A DNA stretch of 26,958 bases from a virus (taxonomy: Duplodnaviria; Caudoviricetes). A program made the translations under genes and the position numbers. Positions 24,798-26,958 of the stretch are shown piece by piece; position 1 is the first letter of the stretch, and every line of letters begins with the position of its first letter. Location: positions 1-26,958 of the IMG/VR virus record IMGVR_UViG_3300048998_000030, one strand, 5' to 3'. The notes under the pieces are model-generated. The model made no database searches and was not told the DNA's origin. It saw only the letters and a program-made list of their open reading frames with translations.

Positions 24798-24993
24798 CTA
24801 GTTCCCTCATACGTCTATTGATTGCAGACCGCAGTTGCTTGCCGTCGTGGCCGTCCTTGGCCCCGTGGTGACAGACCGCGATCATCTTGCCGGCAAGCGT
24901 GACCTTGACGTGCTTGTGACCGTTCTCCATCGCCCACGGGTATCCGGTGGCATCGAGCATGGCTTCCATCTCTTTGCGGAGTCGGAACTTCAT
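24433..24993 (-). CDS. HicA-like (dsRBD-fold) small domain with a long out-of-frame extension over the methylase gene
   Basis: ATGA coupling to the upstream gene; first ~65 aa W.MENGHKHVKVTLAGKMIAV...KQLRSAINRR. The remainder looks non-protein-like and the true 3' end is uncertain. Confidence 0.5.
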   Translation of the reverse strand: MKFRLRKEMEAMLDATGYPWAMENGHKHVKVTLAGKMIAVCHHGAKDGHDGKQLRSAINRRMRELGEHTTYPVRAVQGLGLQTLSRNSVRPPMEICHEIPKGHGPLTGSPLRNDDPRRDQGHACPGSLRQKLRPVHVGDRQPRRDGTRSPEGVGLQVQDDRLLLGQDEQGRQDVLPRHRPLDKGEP

Positions 24994-25298
24994 ACGACAT
25001 CCATGTCGTCGTCTTCGTCTTCCTCGACGGGTGGTGGTGCCGGCCGCTTGTCCGCGCCCGGCTGGAGGTGTTCTTCCCAGCTACCGCCAGCGCCGGGGCC
25101 GAGCCCGTCGATCAACGCGGCGATCGGATCTTCGTCGTGCGCGATGTAGTAGGAGCTGCGGTTCTTCGGGTTCTGAACCGAGACCATCGTCCGGCCGTCG
25201 TCCAGAAAGAAGATGTTGATCGACTGCGTGAGTTTCAGGTCACGCGATCGGCGCAGGATAGTCCCGATGTCAGGCGGAAGGTCTGTCCATTTCGCCAT
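24990..25298 (-). CDS. Hypothetical protein with acidic C-terminal tail (102 aa)
   Basis: Start reassigned to ATG 25298, just after the GapR stop; ends EEDEDDDMDVV. Confidence 0.72.
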   Translation of the reverse strand: MAKWTDLPPDIGTILRRSRDLKLTQSINIFFLDDGRTMVSVQNPKNRSSYYIAHDEDPIAALIDGLGPGAGGSWEEHLQPGADKRPAPPPVEEDEDDDMDVV

Positions 25299-25299
25299 G

Positions 25300-25590
25300 C
25301 TATTCCATCCCCAACGCGGCCATGTACGTCTGGAGGATCGTTTCCTGCTCCAGCCGTTCGTTGGCATCTTTCTTGCGCAGCCGGATAATCGTCCGGATCG
25401 CGGTCGTGTCGTAGCCCCGGCCCTTGGCCTCGCCCATCACGTCTTTGATGTCGCCCGTGATCGCGCCCTTCTCTTCCTCCAGCCGCTCGATACGATCGAT
25501 GAAGGACTTCAGCTCAGCGGCGGCGACGGGCTCGGCTCCGAACTCGTTGTCGCCGTTGTGCCCGGTAGCGGTGTTGGTGTGCTTTGCCAT
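25300..25590 (-). CDS. gapR: GapR / DUF2312 (UPF0335) DNA-binding protein
   Basis: LKSFIDRIERLEEEK..I..DIKDV..EAKGRGYD...IR.IIRLRKKD..ER.EQE.IL..Y..ALGM signature. Confidence 0.93.
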   Translation of the reverse strand: MAKHTNTATGHNGDNEFGAEPVAAAELKSFIDRIERLEEEKGAITGDIKDVMGEAKGRGYDTTAIRTIIRLRKKDANERLEQETILQTYMAALGME

Positions 25591-26210
25591 CAGACTACGT
25601 CGTCCTCGTCTTCTTCCTCGACCACTTCGGCGGTCGCGGGGGCTTCGTCCACGACGCCGGCATGCGGGTCGATCTTGGTTGCGCCGTCACGCTTCAACGC
25701 TACGAAGTCGTCGCGCTTGACCTTGACGGCACGCTTGTCAGCCGGCAGGGGCTGATCGGGCTCGATCTCGAACACGGCGTTGACTTCGGCCCAATGCCAG
25801 AACGACTTGCTGGCGAAGGTCTTCGTGCCGAACTTGAGCGGTGCGCCCTTGGCTGGGGCTGCGGCAGGCTCCGGCCGGTTCGTCGCTACCCGTGGGTGCG
25901 TTGTGGCGCTCTCGGCCTTGACTGGAGCTGCGGCGGGCTCTGCCGTGGCGGCAGCTTCCCACTCTTCGTTCTCCGCGAACTCTACCCAATTGTCCACGGT
26001 CTCGAACCACTTCTGGCTGGCCGGGTGGGACACGCCTGCCGTGGCCGGGTCGTAGATTGCTTCGTCAGCGGCGAGACCGGGACGCGCCGTGGCGAAGACC
26101 GGGAACACCATGTTGCCCGAGACGTACTGGTAGGCGATGACTAGGGCCAGCACATTGCCGCTCTTGTCGATCAGCGTGGTGCCCGGTAGGGCGGCTACAA
26201 GGGATGTCAC
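25590..26210 (-). CDS. Hypothetical two-domain protein with Ala/Pro linker and acidic tail (206 aa)
   Basis: Overlap-coupled on both sides; ends EEEDEDDVV. Confidence 0.75.
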   Translation of the reverse strand: MTSLVAALPGTTLIDKSGNVLALVIAYQYVSGNMVFPVFATARPGLAADEAIYDPATAGVSHPASQKWFETVDNWVEFAENEEWEAAATAEPAAAPVKAESATTHPRVATNRPEPAAAPAKGAPLKFGTKTFASKSFWHWAEVNAVFEIEPDQPLPADKRAVKVKRDDFVALKRDGATKIDPHAGVVDEAPATAEVVEEEDEDDVV

Positions 26211-26671
26211 TGTATGATTGCTCCATATCGTTTGTGTGCAAGCGAACTGATTTCCGCTTGCAGTTGGTTTGGCAGGTTGAGATCGGTTTTATACCAATCC
26301 ATGACCCACCGTTCGAGGGTGAACAGGGCTTGGGCTTCCTCCGGGCGGATCTGATTGATCTGCACGTAGGCTGCCATGGTGACGATGCCGCTATTGTAGA
26401 CGGCGAGTGTCCCGAGCGGCGCGAACAGCCGGCCGTTCTGGATGATATAGCCGGTCTCCTGCACGGTGCGCGGCAGCAGCTCGCAGCGGATCTCGACGTA
26501 GTGGTGGGCCTTGCACAGATCCTCGTAGCCGCCCTTGCCGCCGTGGCGTGACAGGTACTTCAGGGTTGCGTAGCTGGTGCTGTCCCAGCCGTTGCGCATG
26601 GCGAACTCGTTGGGCTGGAGCGCCATGGCGGTGTAGTGGGTGCCGCCCACCTGTCGGTCTAGTGCGCTCAT
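26207..26671 (-). CDS. DUF3310 family protein (T7 gp1.7-like putative nucleotide kinase)
   Basis: QVGGTHY...QP.EF...KYLSRH..KGG.EDL.KA.HY signature. Confidence 0.85.
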   Translation of the reverse strand: MSALDRQVGGTHYTAMALQPNEFAMRNGWDSTSYATLKYLSRHGGKGGYEDLCKAHHYVEIRCELLPRTVQETGYIIQNGRLFAPLGTLAVYNSGIVTMAAYVQINQIRPEEAQALFTLERWVMDWYKTDLNLPNQLQAEISSLAHKRYGAIIQ

Positions 26672-26958
26672 TGGATGATCTTCCGGGATGCTTGCGCCAC
26701 GGCCTTCAGCTCGCGGCCGGTTAACGGTGCGCCCATCACTTCATCGCTCCCCTCCGACATCTTGAGGACGCCGAGATCCGACATGGTCTTGGGGAGCTTG
26801 CGGCCGATTTCACCGATAGGCGTGCCAGCCATAAGCCAAGCCTGCGATCGTTCCAACAGGAAAACCGCGATATCCAACGGCCTGAGAGAGGCATGCTGCT
26901 GGGCGATCAACTGTGCGCGCCGGACGACTTCCTCGCAGACGGTGCGAACGTGGTCGGC
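26668..26958 (-). CDS. Hypothetical protein, C-terminal part (5' end beyond window)
   Basis: Frame stays open from 26910 to the window edge (ADHVRTVCEEVVRRAQLIAQQH...); ATGA overlap with the DUF3310 gene. Confidence 0.7.
   Translation of the reverse strand, partial: ADHVRTVCEEVVRRAQLIAQQHASLRPLDIAVFLLERSQAWLMAGTPIGEIGRKLPKTMSDLGVLKMSEGSDEVMGAPLTGRELKAVAQASRKIIQ

Larger units (their letters stand above)
1..26958. mobile_element. Tailed bacteriophage (siphovirus-type) genome segment: tail, fibre, lysis and early/middle modules
   Basis: Tape measure, hub, tip, endolysin and spanin genes occur in canonical order, tightly packed with ATGA/GTGA overlaps. No host-type genes or att/integrase are in the window, so free phage versus prophage cannot be decided. 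Confidence 0.96.

Noticed and set aside
24138-24993. Methylase plus HicA-like ORF as a restriction-modification or toxin-antitoxin system
   Set aside because: No endonuclease or HicB-like partner is recognisable, and orphan methylases are common in phages.

Overview
This window is part of a GC-rich (about 63% by eye) long-tailed dsDNA phage genome, with no bacterial housekeeping genes, RNA genes, CRISPR or IS elements seen. A GapR homologue and the lysis-gene style point to an alphaproteobacterial host. The tail-tip gene order resembles Chi/YuA-type siphoviruses (inference). The + strand (1-20246) carries the tail chaperone pair with a probable -1 frameshift, a 1772-aa tape measure with an internal lysozyme domain, distal tail, BR0599/DUF2163 hub, two small tip proteins, a J-like tip protein and two DUF2793-like proteins. 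An unusual 8-kb cassette follows: three beta-propeller proteins, three paralogous ~140-aa beta proteins and a protein with about 22 tandem 21-aa repeats of two classes. Next come an antisense Zn-finger gene and a lysis module (GH19-like endolysin with a C-terminal membrane anchor, overlapping spanins, two membrane proteins). A convergent - strand operon ends the window (MT-A70 methylase, HicA-fold ORF, GapR, DUF3310, hypotheticals). The best candidate for an undescribed system is the 12.3-20.2 kb cassette, which may build a repeat-templated, multi-subunit fibre tipped with propeller adhesins. Strong restriction-site avoidance and a shared acidic-VV C-terminal tag are also notable. All family calls come from motif recognition by eye, not database searches.
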